Assembly: GCA_965206745.1 (NCBI GenBank)
Contig: OZ242220.1
Location: 768,001-832,000, forward strand
DNA from: Nitrosopumilus sp.
GTDB taxonomy: Archaea; Thermoproteota; Nitrososphaeria; Nitrososphaerales; Nitrosopumilaceae
DNA: 64,000 nucleotides
Reading direction: 5' to 3'
The notes beneath the pieces were generated by a model. The model searched no databases. It had not been told where the DNA came from and saw nothing but the letters and a program-made list of their open reading frames with translations. Positions 49,839 to 60,348 of the stretch are shown here, in pieces. Position 1 is the first letter of the stretch, and each line of letters opens with the position of its first letter. The translations under genes were made by a program, and so were the position numbers.

Positions 49839-50861
49839 TTGAGTGACACAATACAAAAGAACCGTGATTATAAAAAATATGTTATAGATTCAAGACTCCA
49901 ATATTTCAAACCTCATGCCAGCAAGATCGAGAAAACATTTGCCGAAGAAATTTCCTCCAGTCTGGACAGGACCTCCAAGTTCATCATGCCCAAATTTTTT
50001 TATGACAAAAAGGGCTCCATTCTGTTTGAAAAAATCTGCAATCTTCCTGAATACTATCCTACTCGAACAGAAATTGACATTTTGAAGAATTTGCAGGCTG
50101 AATTGCCTGCATTTATCGACGAATCTTTTAGACTGGTCGAACTTGGGAGCGGTTCGTCGATAAAGACCAAATTGATTCTTGATATTTTCAGCAAATTACA
50201 ACAGACTACCGAATATTTTCCAATAGATATTTCTGAGATTCTAACTGAAAGTTCCGAACAGCTCTTAGAATGTTATGAGAATCTCCGCATCACCGGCATC
50301 ATCGATACCTATGAGGGCGGATTGGAATTCATCAAACACTATGATGATAAAAAAAACCTGATTATCTTTTTAGGATCCAGCTTTGGTAACTTCTCACCCT
50401 CTGATGGCAAGGCGTTCTTGGAAAAAATAAACTCGACTATGAAACCCGATGATCTATTCCTGATTGGCTTGGATTTGGTAAAGGACAGACGAATTTTAGA
50501 ATCTGCATACAATGATGCGCAAGGCATTACTGCCAAATTCAATCTGAATGTTCTTTCTCGAATAAATGATGAGCTTGATGCCGATTTTGATTTGGATAAT
50601 TTCTCACATCATTCGATTTACAACACAGACGATCAAAGAATTGAGATGTATCTGAAATCCCTAGTTCGCCAGTCTGTAATCATTTCAAAATCAAACCTGT
50701 CATTAAATTTGGAAAAAAATGAATTGATTCACACCGAATATTCCCACAAATACACTCCCGAACAAATCAAAGCACTTCTTGAAGATGCGGGATTTAAAAT
50801 CGATCACATTTGGTTTGATGATGATGCCAATTACTCATTAACGCTGGTGTCTAAAAACTAG
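49839..50861 (+). CDS. egtD: L-histidine N-alpha-trimethyltransferase (ergothioneine)
   Basis: PKFFYD, PEYYPTRTE, ELGSG, GSSFGN, AYND..G.TAKFN, TEYSHKY; probable TTG start at 49839. Confidence 0.93.
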   Translation: MSDTIQKNRDYKKYVIDSRLQYFKPHASKIEKTFAEEISSSLDRTSKFIMPKFFYDKKGSILFEKICNLPEYYPTRTEIDILKNLQAELPAFIDESFRLVELGSGSSIKTKLILDIFSKLQQTTEYFPIDISEILTESSEQLLECYENLRITGIIDTYEGGLEFIKHYDDKKNLIIFLGSSFGNFSPSDGKAFLEKINSTMKPDDLFLIGLDLVKDRRILESAYNDAQGITAKFNLNVLSRINDELDADFDLDNFSHHSIYNTDDQRIEMYLKSLVRQSVIISKSNLSLNLEKNELIHTEYSHKYTPEQIKALLEDAGFKIDHIWFDDDANYSLTLVSKN

Positions 50862-52168
50862 ATATTTTCAGCACACCTGAAACCTGAAAACAGCCACCTC
50901 TCATCTAGCCTGAAGAAATTCCTATAGCTTCCCCTGATTGACATTTTTGGCGTCCCAAATGATCCTCCTCTGAGTACTTTTTGATTCGTAAACCACTTGT
51001 CATTGTACTCCTCAAAGCCTGACTTGAATCCCGGATATCCTGTAAATTCAGATGATGTCCACTCCCAAACGTCTCCTATCATCTGTTGACATCCTGACTG
51101 GCTGGCTCCACTTGGATATGATCCTATCTTTGAACATCCCCAATGATATGATTCTAACAAGTTGCACCTGTCTGCAGTTGGTTTTTCATCTCCCCATGGA
51201 AATGTTGTCTTTTGCTGCTTTTCCTCGTTCCAGCATGCGGCTTTCTCCCATTCTGCCTCTGTTGGGAGTCTCTTGCCTGCCCATCTGCAGTATGCATCTG
51301 CCTCATAGTAGCTGACGTGGCATACTGGCTCATCTGGGCTGATCTCCCTGATTCCTAAAAAGTCCCTTGTGTGCCACCTGCCATCAATTCTCTCCCAGTA
51401 CATTGGAGATTCCCATTTGTTTGCTTTGACTTTCTCCCATCCGTCTGATAACCAATACTTGTATGTCTCGTATCCTCCATCATTGATGAACGCAAGATAC
51501 TGTTGGTTTGTTATTGGGAATTGATCAATTTTGTAATCATTGAGGTAGACCTTGTGCTCTGGCAATTCAACATCGTAACAAAACTCTTCCCCATTATTCC
51601 CCATTGTGTATATGCCGCCTTTAATCTGAATGGATTTCTGTGTGGTATCGGTTGTTTTTCTAATTTCGTTCTTCTTTACGGGCCTGTATTGCTCTGCAAG
51701 CAGATGTTGTAAATCATACACTAGGAGCTCTTGATGTTGGCATTCATGATGAAAACCAGTCTCGATTAATCTTATGTCATCTTGGCTCAAAGTTTGGGTC
51801 TCGATAAATTTTGCCACCCTTTGATTTATTGTATTGTAGTATTGAAAGATCTGATCAGTTGTCGGTCTTGATACGACCCCTCGCAATCCTTTGTCATGCG
51901 GTACTCCAAATTGCTGATAATAGGAATTGAGATATTCGGAAAATTCCTTTGAATAGAACTCGTAATTTTTGTCGATCTTGCCCATGATCGTCTCATAAAT
52001 CCAACTCACATGGCCTATGTGCCATTTTGGCGGGCTCATAAAAAATGCAGTCTGAACAACAAAATCATCCCTTTCCAAAGTCTTTACAAGTTCCAGCGTT
52101 CTGCTGCGTGTCTCTCTGAATCTCTCCAATAGTGAGACCTCTGACTGTAATTCTGGATTTGATGCCAA
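50858..52168 (-). CDS. egtB: Ergothioneine sulfoxide synthase (DinB + FGE-like domains)
   Basis: SPPKWHIGH, NSYY, HECQHQELL, RLPTEAEWEKAA, YNDK, RGGS, YRNFF, SGFR. Confidence 0.93.
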   Translation of the reverse strand: MASNPELQSEVSLLERFRETRSRTLELVKTLERDDFVVQTAFFMSPPKWHIGHVSWIYETIMGKIDKNYEFYSKEFSEYLNSYYQQFGVPHDKGLRGVVSRPTTDQIFQYYNTINQRVAKFIETQTLSQDDIRLIETGFHHECQHQELLVYDLQHLLAEQYRPVKKNEIRKTTDTTQKSIQIKGGIYTMGNNGEEFCYDVELPEHKVYLNDYKIDQFPITNQQYLAFINDGGYETYKYWLSDGWEKVKANKWESPMYWERIDGRWHTRDFLGIREISPDEPVCHVSYYEADAYCRWAGKRLPTEAEWEKAACWNEEKQQKTTFPWGDEKPTADRCNLLESYHWGCSKIGSYPSGASQSGCQQMIGDVWEWTSSEFTGYPGFKSGFEEYNDKWFTNQKVLRGGSFGTPKMSIRGSYRNFFRLDERWLFSGFRCAENI

Positions 52169-52214
52169 TATTGAAAAACTGTCTTTTTTATATTATTATA
52201 TCTGTTTTTTTTAT

Positions 52215-53669
52215 CTAGTATCCTCTTGCAAAGATTGGAACTGCCATGCTTTGTTCTTGGCAGTAGATGCATCTCTGATCTGTATCCTCGCTTCCAAATG
52301 GGATTACCCTGATCTCCGCCCCTGTCTCTTCTTTAACCTTGTTCTCACATTCCAATTTCCCACACCATGGTGATTTGAAGAAGCCGCCCTCCTCGATCTT
52401 TGATTTGAAATCTGAATATTCTGAGATCTCCAGGGTGTTGCTCTTGGCTTCTTCTCTGGCTTTTTTTAGCATCTCTGCTTGAATTTCATCTAGAATTATG
52501 ATTATTTCTTTCATTTTGTCAAAGCCCAAACTGACTTTTTCTAAATTGTATCTCTTTGCAACTATCACACTCTGCTTCTCTATATCCTTTGGACCTATCT
52601 CTATTCTTAATGGAACCCCCTTCAATTCCCAGTCATTGAATTTGTATCCTGGAGATAGCCCTTCCCTGTCATCTACATGCACTCTGATCTCTTTGGATTC
52701 TAATTCATTTTTGATCTCTTCTACTTTTGGCAGGACAATCTCTTTACCTTCATCATTTCTGTAAATTGGAACAATCACAACTTGCATTGGAGCCACTTTT
52801 GGTGGCAGGACCAATCCTTTGTCATCTCCATGTGCCATGATCATTGCACCGATCAATCTCCATGACACACCCCATGACGTTTGCCATGCAAAATGTTCTA
52901 CGTTATCCCTGTCTGCAAATTTGACTTGAAATGGTTTTGAAAAGTTTTGACCCAAGAAATGCGATGTTCCCATTTGCAGTGCCTTTCCATCTGGCATAAT
53001 TGATTCCATGGTTGTCGTATATACTGCACCGACGAATTTTTCTTTCTCGCTTTTTTCCCCCACTATTACCGGGATTGCCAGTTCCGCCTCTACTGTATTC
53101 TTGTAAATCTCTAAAATCTTCATCACTTCTTTCTCTGCCTCCTCTTGCGTGGCATGTACCGTGTGACCTTCTTGCCACAAAAACTCTGAGGTTCTAAGGA
53201 ATGGTTTGGTGGCTTTAATCTCTGCCCTTAATGCTGTGTTCCAAAAATTGATTTTTAATGGCAAATCCCTCCAGCTTTGAATCCATTTTGAATATAGGGT
53301 GTATGCCAATGTCTCAGATGTTGGTCTTAATGCAAGCCTGTCTCCGATTTCATTAGTTCCTGAATGCGTTACCCAAAACACTTCTGGGTTAAACCCTGCA
53401 AAATGCTTCTGCTCTTTGCCTAGCAGTGACTCTGGAATTAGTATTGGCAAAAACCCATTCCTGATGCCGTTTCTTGAAAACTTTTTGTCAAATGTACTTC
53501 TCAGTGATTCCCAAATCGAATATCCGTCTGGCCTGAGTACGATCAGTCCCTTCACTGGTGCATAATCTGCCAATTTTGCCTTTAGAACTACCTGCGTATA
53601 CCACTCGCTAAAATCATCATTCTTTGAAACTGTGATACCGACGTCTTCTTTGCCCAAACTAGATTTCAC
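52215..53669 (-). CDS. proS: Proline--tRNA ligase (archaeal/eukaryotic type)
   Basis: RPTSET, RTSEFLWQEGHT, GTSHFLGQNF, TSWGVSWR, C-terminal ARGY. Confidence 0.97.
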   Translation of the reverse strand: MKSSLGKEDVGITVSKNDDFSEWYTQVVLKAKLADYAPVKGLIVLRPDGYSIWESLRSTFDKKFSRNGIRNGFLPILIPESLLGKEQKHFAGFNPEVFWVTHSGTNEIGDRLALRPTSETLAYTLYSKWIQSWRDLPLKINFWNTALRAEIKATKPFLRTSEFLWQEGHTVHATQEEAEKEVMKILEIYKNTVEAELAIPVIVGEKSEKEKFVGAVYTTTMESIMPDGKALQMGTSHFLGQNFSKPFQVKFADRDNVEHFAWQTSWGVSWRLIGAMIMAHGDDKGLVLPPKVAPMQVVIVPIYRNDEGKEIVLPKVEEIKNELESKEIRVHVDDREGLSPGYKFNDWELKGVPLRIEIGPKDIEKQSVIVAKRYNLEKVSLGFDKMKEIIIILDEIQAEMLKKAREEAKSNTLEISEYSDFKSKIEEGGFFKSPWCGKLECENKVKEETGAEIRVIPFGSEDTDQRCIYCQEQSMAVPIFARGY

Positions 53670-53712
53670 TGAATTACTTTAATTAATGAGCCTTTCGTGA
53701 AAATTCAGATTA

Positions 53713-54006
53713 TTACAGTTTATCGCCTTTGCAAAGTACCTTGCCCATTACCCTGCTTTGGAAATTTGGGCATACGAAACATTGAATGAAATGAGTCTCT
53801 TCTTTGAGAACCGGACAATCTACAAATTCCTGCTTCATTTTTTTGAGCATTTTTGGACTGACTCCTTTTAATTTTAATTTCCCCTTCTCATCCATCATGC
53901 CTGATTCTTTTAATTCTTCTTTGACTGGGTCTGGGAGCTTTTGTTTGCCTTCTCTCTCTTTGATTTCCACTTCAAATTTATGTTCTAATTCGCCCATATC
54001 CAACAC
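53713..54006 (-). CDS. Small hypothetical protein with four Cys
   Basis: VDCP...CFVCPNF...LC. Confidence 0.75.
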   Translation of the reverse strand: MLDMGELEHKFEVEIKEREGKQKLPDPVKEELKESGMMDEKGKLKLKGVSPKMLKKMKQEFVDCPVLKEETHFIQCFVCPNFQSRVMGKVLCKGDKL

Positions 54007-54645
54007 AATACATTCGGTGATTTATTACTAGCGCTTTTTTATCCTATCAAATTGACTGTACTTTTCATTGTAACTGTTAATTTTGTGACCTTTTTATACT
54101 AAAATCTTCAAATCGTTTAAAAAATATTCTGCCGTGTTGCAAATATGGAGTGAAACATGCCACCTTGTTTTGATTCAAAAAGTATCCTATTTGCAGTCAA
54201 TCAAACCGTTCTGTAATTGCAGAGGCATCTTGGAAATTACAAAGCCAAAAGATGCTCTGGGCCTAGTTCATAATGGACCAAAAGATACAATGGGGAAATT
54301 CGATGATGGTGGGTTTATGACATATTCAATAAAGAAGCAGAGATACGAAACTTGGAAAAAACCTGAAAAGAAAAAAGGCTTGGCGTAGAAAGAAAAATGA
54401 TGGCCGAGGAGATCAAAAAAACTGATAAATTCAAAACATGAGTATATTGTAATCACAGGTGATGGTGGCAGAGAACTTGCACGTCTATCGTTTAGAAATT
54501 CCCGTTATCTCTGACTTGTACTCTGACAATCTACTAGTGTCCCTTCAAGGCAATCTACCCATTTCAAGCATCTGGGATGGAACTTGCGGATCTCAAAGAT
54601 AAGAAGGAGGGATTTTACTAGAACCTGAAAAGGCACAATGATACA

Positions 54646-54972
54646 CTATACCATCCACATGACGATGTTGATTGCAAAGATTGAAAGGATTATCCCTATC
54701 TCCACAATCACGTACACTATTCCCAGTATCAGGAGCTTTGTGACCCTTACCGGGCCATCATCCTTTGTGGCTTTGTACAACCAATAAGAAAAAATGAAAA
54801 ACGGAAGATACCAAGGTATTTGGATTACAATTCCAAGTAATGCTATTACAAAAGATTCAAAATCAGCAAGGGGCTGTCCAAATTGAAAGCTACGATAAAC
54901 TGTGGATGATATAAAATATATTCCAATTCCTGCTAGAATGGCTGATATGATTTTTAGTTGTTTGGGAGTCAT
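54646..54972 (-). CDS. Small three-TM hypothetical membrane protein
   Basis: 108-aa hydrophobic ORF within a low-coding-density patch. Confidence 0.65.
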   Translation of the reverse strand: MTPKQLKIISAILAGIGIYFISSTVYRSFQFGQPLADFESFVIALLGIVIQIPWYLPFFIFSYWLYKATKDDGPVRVTKLLILGIVYVIVEIGIILSIFAINIVMWMV

Positions 54973-55045
54973 AAACAGAGTGGGATTATGCGTGTGAGTT
55001 TATGATTGTTTGGTCATTTATAATAATTTCAGAACGCATGGCATA

Positions 55046-55134
55046 ACCCAATGTCCTCTATTTGGAGAACTAGGCACAAATATTTTCAACTGTGCTGATT
55101 TGTGCTTAACTAAAAGATGGATATGTTCTCATGT
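55046..55134 (+). repeat. Dispersed ~90-bp element, copy E (termini degenerate)
   Basis: Core AACTAGGCACAAATATTTTCAACTGTGCTGATTTGTGCTTAACTAAAAG closely matches the reverse complement of copy A. Confidence 0.75.
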
Positions 55135-55507
55135 GTATGATCATCTTGTACCCTTAACATCTTGTACCATTCTAAATGACAGAATCATTGCAGCAATCAA
55201 AGATGCAAATATTGTCCTCTAATCTTTTATCAATCATTAGGGTTTCAGATCGCATACTGGGGTATATTTATAATCACGATGATGATTTGTCACATGATTA
55301 TTTTCTTGGAGCAATCAAACTCGACTCTACTTCACAATGCTGGAAAAAGAACATCTGATGTTGCATGATCCCAATAACGCCAAATGGGTCCATTCTTTAT
55401 TGCGGTCTTATTTTTGACAGTACTGGGTTTTCCGATTGTGTTTGACTGGCAAAAACATAGACACTACTTTAATATAATTAGCAATTTTTTTCCAAATCAG
55501 AAAACTA

Positions 55508-56158
55508 TTGTTGGCAATTTTTGATGTAGAGGGAGTTTTGTATGACGAAGAATATCTCCCAATTCTTGCTGAAAAACTCAACAAGGAAGACGAGATTTGG
55601 AAAATCACAAAGCAAGGAATTCAAGGAAAAATCAACTGGGAGGAAGGACTGCAAACTAGAATTGCTGCCTTGAGGGGCCTTGATGAGAAGACTTGCCAGG
55701 ACGTCTCTGATGCATTGCCCATCATGACTGGTGCAAAAGAGGCATGCAGGGCACTAAAGGCTGCAGGGTGGAAACTCATGGCTGTATCTGGTGGTTTTAC
55801 TCTGATGATGCACCGATTGAAAAAAGAGTTGGACTTGGATTATGTTTATTCAAATGAGTTGATATTCAAAGATGGCAAACTAGACGGTGTCACAATCAAT
55901 GTGGATTCTGATAAATCAAAGTCCGCAAAAATAAAGATTGAAGAGTGGGGTGAGAAAAAAGAAGATATTGTCTGTGTAGTGGATGGCGCAAATGATGTGA
56001 AATTATTTGATGTCTGTGGATTGGGCATTGCCTATCGTGCTCAGGACATCGTTAAAGACTTGGCTACTACAACCTTGGAAGAAAAAGATCTCTCCAAAAT
56101 TATAGATATAATCAACAAACACTACAAATTGCAATTACAAGTTGCAACTCCTGCATAA
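55508..56158 (+). CDS. serB: Phosphoserine phosphatase (HAD family)
   Basis: FDVEGVL, VSGGF, DGANDV. Confidence 0.88.
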   Translation: MLAIFDVEGVLYDEEYLPILAEKLNKEDEIWKITKQGIQGKINWEEGLQTRIAALRGLDEKTCQDVSDALPIMTGAKEACRALKAAGWKLMAVSGGFTLMMHRLKKELDLDYVYSNELIFKDGKLDGVTINVDSDKSKSAKIKIEEWGEKKEDIVCVVDGANDVKLFDVCGLGIAYRAQDIVKDLATTTLEEKDLSKIIDIINKHYKLQLQVATPA

Positions 56159-56193
56159 ACAATTTTTTAGCCCCTCCTTTTCAGATACATTAC

Positions 56194-56919
56194 TTGCAAA
56201 TCATACCCATTCATCTTGAAAAAGAGATCGAGCCATCTGATGACATCTCTGACATTCTTCTAAATTCTGAAAAACTACACGATGGTGACATTGTTGTTAT
56301 CGCGCAAAAAATCGTCTCCAAGCAGGAAGGACGGCTAATAGATCTATCCACTGTGACTCCTTCTCTGCTCGCCGAAGGCATCGGCTCCCAATATGGAAAG
56401 GATCCTAGAATCATCGAACTGATCCTGTCTGAATCAAAACGAATTGTAAGGATGCAAAATGGAATTCTGATAGTCGAAACCAATCAGGGTTTTATCTGTG
56501 CGAATGCCGGAATTGATCAAAGTAATATCAGGGACGGGCATGCAACTCTGTTGCCTGTTGACTCTGATGTTTCTGCACAAAGAATCAGAAAGAAAATTTT
56601 GGAACAATCAGGCAAAAATATCTCAATCATAATCTCTGATACGTTTGGCCGACCTTTTAGAATGGGACAGACCAATCATGCAATTGGGATATCTGGGCTG
56701 AACCCGATTTTAGATTATGAGGGAAGTTTGGATTCTTTTAATAATATTTTACGAGTCACTGCAATTGCAATTGCCGATGAACTTGCGTCTGCATCCGAAT
56801 TAGTTATGGGAAAGTCCCTGAAATGCCCATTTGCAATAATCCGTGGCTATTCTTTCAAGTTTGAGGATCACCGCATTGATGAACTAATTCGACCCGAACA
56901 CGAGGATCTCTTTAGATGA
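56194..56919 (+). CDS. cofE: Coenzyme F420-0:L-glutamate ligase
   Basis: KIVSKQEG, ANAGIDQSN, SDTFGRPFR, ADELAS, DLFR. Confidence 0.95.
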   Translation: MQIIPIHLEKEIEPSDDISDILLNSEKLHDGDIVVIAQKIVSKQEGRLIDLSTVTPSLLAEGIGSQYGKDPRIIELILSESKRIVRMQNGILIVETNQGFICANAGIDQSNIRDGHATLLPVDSDVSAQRIRKKILEQSGKNISIIISDTFGRPFRMGQTNHAIGISGLNPILDYEGSLDSFNNILRVTAIAIADELASASELVMGKSLKCPFAIIRGYSFKFEDHRIDELIRPEHEDLFR

Positions 56920-57340
56920 TTTTAAAAAAAACCCTCATTTCCTGTTGCATGTCAAGTTAGGTTCGATGAATCAAACCTAATTGTTATAATTCTACTATGT
57001 ATTTTCACGACTTTATCCGAATTGAATTCCCTGACTCAAATATTTTTATCTAGATGGCATACCCGTTATTACAACATGTAAACTGACAATTAGTTACAAT
57101 GCAAAGACGGGGCATGATGAGGAATTATTTAAAAGTTAGGCTAGTGGTACAGATGAATCTTGACGGCAACAAACTAGTTATCTTGGAAGGCGTATCCGTA
57201 CTTGATAATTCATTATCCTGTCTAGTATTGTGATCAAAATCTACTTTTAATTTGGAAATTGCAGTTATTTTTGCCTACTCTCTTTGCAAAACTCAAATAG
57301 CTTTTAATATGACAAATCGGCCTTTGGGAATTGATTACCG

Positions 57341-57577
57341 ATGTCTGAACCTACTGAAAAGAAACTAGATGCAACTGGATTGTTCTGTCCTGAACCCGTG
57401 TTTAGAACAAAGATCGAAATTGAAAGGATGCAGGTAGGCCAAGTCATAACCGTATCTGCTGATGATCCGGCAGCTGAGGATGATATCTCACGATGGGTTA
57501 CGAGAAGCGGTCACGAACTATTGGACGTCTCAAAAGACGGTCAAACCATTACATTGAAGATTAAAAAGGTGAAATAA
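57341..57577 (+). CDS. tusA: TusA/SirA-family sulfur carrier
   Basis: LDATGLFCPEP, ADDPAAEDDI..W. Confidence 0.9.
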   Translation: MSEPTEKKLDATGLFCPEPVFRTKIEIERMQVGQVITVSADDPAAEDDISRWVTRSGHELLDVSKDGQTITLKIKKVK

Positions 57578-57585
57578 TCCAAATC

Positions 57586-58578
57586 ATGACTACTGTTACT
57601 GGTACAGATGTGCTCAGTCGTGTAGGCAACACCCCTCTGATATCTTTGGATTCCCTTTCTCATGTTGGAACCAAATACTTTGCAAAGCTAGAAGGTCACA
57701 ATCCCTTTGGTTCTGTCAAAGACAGAGCCGCATACTGGATGATCAAAGATGGCGAAGAGAGGGGAATTCTGACAAAGGGAAAAAGCATAATCATAGAACC
57801 CACCTCTGGCAATACCGGAATTGCCTTGACTGGAATTGCCAATATACTAGGCTACAAAGTTGAGATTGTCATTCCAGAAAAAGCAAGTAATGAAACTAAG
57901 GACATCATTAGAAAACTAGGCGCCAAGGTGTTTGAAACCAGTGACGACTTGTGTCCCAAAGTGGGTGCTGGAACTGATCAAAGCATTGCACTGGCCACAT
58001 CTATTGCATCATCAAGGCCTGACACGTACTATTCCCCAAATCAATATGCAAACGAGGCAAATTTCAAGGGACATTATGCTGGAACCGGGCCTGAAATTTG
58101 GAGACAGACTGAGGGCAAAGTCACCCATTTCTTCACTGGTATTGGCACCGGTGGAACAATTACTGGAATTGGCGCTTTTCTCAAAGAGAAGAATCCTGAT
58201 GTCAAAATTATTGGCTGTCAACCGCAACAAAACCACTTGATTCAAGGATGGAGAAATTTTGAGGAATCTGCAAAGCCTGATTTGTTTCTGAAACGGGAAG
58301 ATGTCGTCGATGACTGGGTGTCTGTTGACAATAACGAGGCATTTTCAGTTGTAAGGGATGTGTTTGTCAAAGACAAGCTTTTGATCAGCCCGTCATCTGC
58401 TGCCGTATATGCATGCATGAAGAAATATCCCGTTGAAGGAGATGCATCTATAGTGGGAATTTTTGCCGATGATGGGAGGAAATTCAAAAGTGTCTATGCC
58501 ACTGAAAATGTGCTCTCTGAGGAGGAATTTGATAACTGTCTTCAGGATGCAAATCACATGTCTGAATTGGCATATTGA
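57586..58578 (+). CDS. PLP-dependent cysteine synthase family protein
   Basis: GNTP, KLEGHNPFGSVKDR, PTSGNTG, NQY, GTGGT. Confidence 0.92.
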   Translation: MTTVTGTDVLSRVGNTPLISLDSLSHVGTKYFAKLEGHNPFGSVKDRAAYWMIKDGEERGILTKGKSIIIEPTSGNTGIALTGIANILGYKVEIVIPEKASNETKDIIRKLGAKVFETSDDLCPKVGAGTDQSIALATSIASSRPDTYYSPNQYANEANFKGHYAGTGPEIWRQTEGKVTHFFTGIGTGGTITGIGAFLKEKNPDVKIIGCQPQQNHLIQGWRNFEESAKPDLFLKREDVVDDWVSVDNNEAFSVVRDVFVKDKLLISPSSAAVYACMKKYPVEGDASIVGIFADDGRKFKSVYATENVLSEEEFDNCLQDANHMSELAY

Positions 58579-59052
58579 CTATTGAAGGATCTTCTTCAAG
58601 TGCTTCTCATAAAATTCCCTAAATGACGTATTGATATCCATCTCATGCTGTAAGCATCGGTTACTTTGCTCGCTAATCTGACTCTTGATCTCTTTGCTCC
58701 ATAGGCTCTGCTGTCCATCTTTGGAGTCTATTATCGATGGGTTTTCTTTGATCTTTTTCATAGTTTCTAAAAGTGTTGCACTCAACTCTCTGAATTTGCT
58801 AATCCGTAAAAGGAATATCTGCGCCTCTTTCCCATTTACCAGTTTTATCATTGCATGAACTTGGCTATAGTATTCCAAGCCCTTTTCATTATACCTCTTG
58901 AAGTCTTCGATTCGCCGACTCCAATACTCTTTGGTTACTTTTTCTTCAATTTTGTAGCTGAATCTGATATCTCCTAATTCTGTTCCCAATTTGGCCAGTT
59001 TTTCGCTATGCTCCTTGGCTGATCTTCTCAGTTCTTCGGGGTCTTGACTCAA
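58579..59052 (-). CDS. Helical hypothetical protein
   Basis: 157-aa charged ORF downstream of trxB. Confidence 0.75.
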   Translation of the reverse strand: MSQDPEELRRSAKEHSEKLAKLGTELGDIRFSYKIEEKVTKEYWSRRIEDFKRYNEKGLEYYSQVHAMIKLVNGKEAQIFLLRISKFRELSATLLETMKKIKENPSIIDSKDGQQSLWSKEIKSQISEQSNRCLQHEMDINTSFREFYEKHLKKILQ

Positions 59053-59084
59053 TACTCTTGGTTTTCCCTATCGCAATAAAGAGT

Positions 59085-59300
59085 TTAGATTCTTGACTCA
59101 TTCCATCCCTTCTCAGACTCGTCTGAATACGTCAACATGCATGCCTCACAGAATGAATCCCATTCGGTAACTCCTAATTTTTCAAAATATTCTAGAGACC
59201 ATTTGTATGTGGGTTCTTTTCTGTACTGAAATTGCTGAATTGTATAGATGTCCTTGTGGTGAAATTTATTCAGGCATTTTTTGCATTGGGCATCTTTCAT
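59085..59300 (-). CDS. Small CxxC...CxxC protein
   Basis: CKKC and CEAC; start overlaps the trxB stop. Confidence 0.75.
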   Translation of the reverse strand: MKDAQCKKCLNKFHHKDIYTIQQFQYRKEPTYKWSLEYFEKLGVTEWDSFCEACMLTYSDESEKGWNESRI

Positions 59301-60304
59301 TATTGCTTGTCTGCACTCTCAGTCAGATACTTGTCCACATCAATTGCCGCCATGCATCCAAAGGCCGCAGCGGTGATTGCCTGCCGATACTTTCTATCGT
59401 GCACATCCCCTGCTGCAAAAATCCCCTCTATGTTGGTATGTGTCTTATCCTTTAATATGATATATCCTTGGTCATCCAAGTCAATTTGACTTTTGAAGAG
59501 TTGCGTGTTTGGCTCATGTCCGACTGCTACAAACAATCCTCCCGCATCAAGTGTCGTCTCTTCATTTGTTTTTAGATTCTTCAAGACTGCCTTCTGTATC
59601 TTTTGATCTCCTTTGATGCTGATAACGGCCGAATCAAAGTGGAACTTGATCTTTTCATTGTTAAATGCTCTTTCTTGCATGATCTTGCTTGCACGCAATT
59701 CCTTCCGTCTGTGTATCAGGTGGACATTTGTGGCAAATTTTGTAAGAAACGTTGCCTCTTCTATTGCAGAGTCTCCTCCGCCTACCACAAGTATCTCCTG
59801 GTTCCTAAAGAAGGGACCATCACATGTTGCACAATACGATACGCCTTTTCCGCTAAAAGTATCTTCACCTTCCACGCCTAGTTTTCTTGGGTTTGCACCA
59901 GTTGCAATTATTACGGCACGCCCCTCGAATTCTTCTGATGCGGTTAGAACTTTGAATGGTTTGTGTCTAAAATCCACATCGACTACCACGTCATCAATAA
60001 TCGTAGTGCCCATTCTCTGTGACTGCTTTCTCATCTCTATCATCAGATCAGGACCCATTATCCCATTTTCAAATCCAGGATAGTTTTCGACTTCGGTTGT
60101 GTTGACTAGCTGTCCTCCCGGAAGCAGTCCTGACAAAATCAGGGTGTCATAGCCTGCCCTAGCGCAATAAATTCCGGCAGTATACCCTGAAGGGCCTGCC
60201 CCGATGACTATGACATCGAATTTTGTTTTGAGCTTGTCTGATATCTTGATTTCGTCATCCCTTGTCTCAAGTACTGCCGCACCTGTATCTCCTCCTGCCA
60301 TCAT
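59300..60304 (-). CDS. trxB: Thioredoxin-disulfide reductase
   Basis: GAGPSG, VENYPG, CATCDG, GGGDSA, AAGD, RQAITAA. Confidence 0.96.
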   Translation of the reverse strand: MMAGGDTGAAVLETRDDEIKISDKLKTKFDVIVIGAGPSGYTAGIYCARAGYDTLILSGLLPGGQLVNTTEVENYPGFENGIMGPDLMIEMRKQSQRMGTTIIDDVVVDVDFRHKPFKVLTASEEFEGRAVIIATGANPRKLGVEGEDTFSGKGVSYCATCDGPFFRNQEILVVGGGDSAIEEATFLTKFATNVHLIHRRKELRASKIMQERAFNNEKIKFHFDSAVISIKGDQKIQKAVLKNLKTNEETTLDAGGLFVAVGHEPNTQLFKSQIDLDDQGYIILKDKTHTNIEGIFAAGDVHDRKYRQAITAAAFGCMAAIDVDKYLTESADKQ

Positions 60305-60348
60305 GATGTTAGAGGTCTCAACTTCAATAATTTAAGTGAATATACTTC

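Noticed and set aside
40300-53669. Functional link between the Pro-rich Alba, deoxyhypusine synthase and proS
   Set aside because: The repeat has no consecutive prolines, and the genes are separated and differently oriented.
54560-54625. SSIWDGTCGS...GGILLE resembling an HsdM motif I
   Set aside because: Short, interrupted by a stop, and no other methyltransferase motifs; probably chance.
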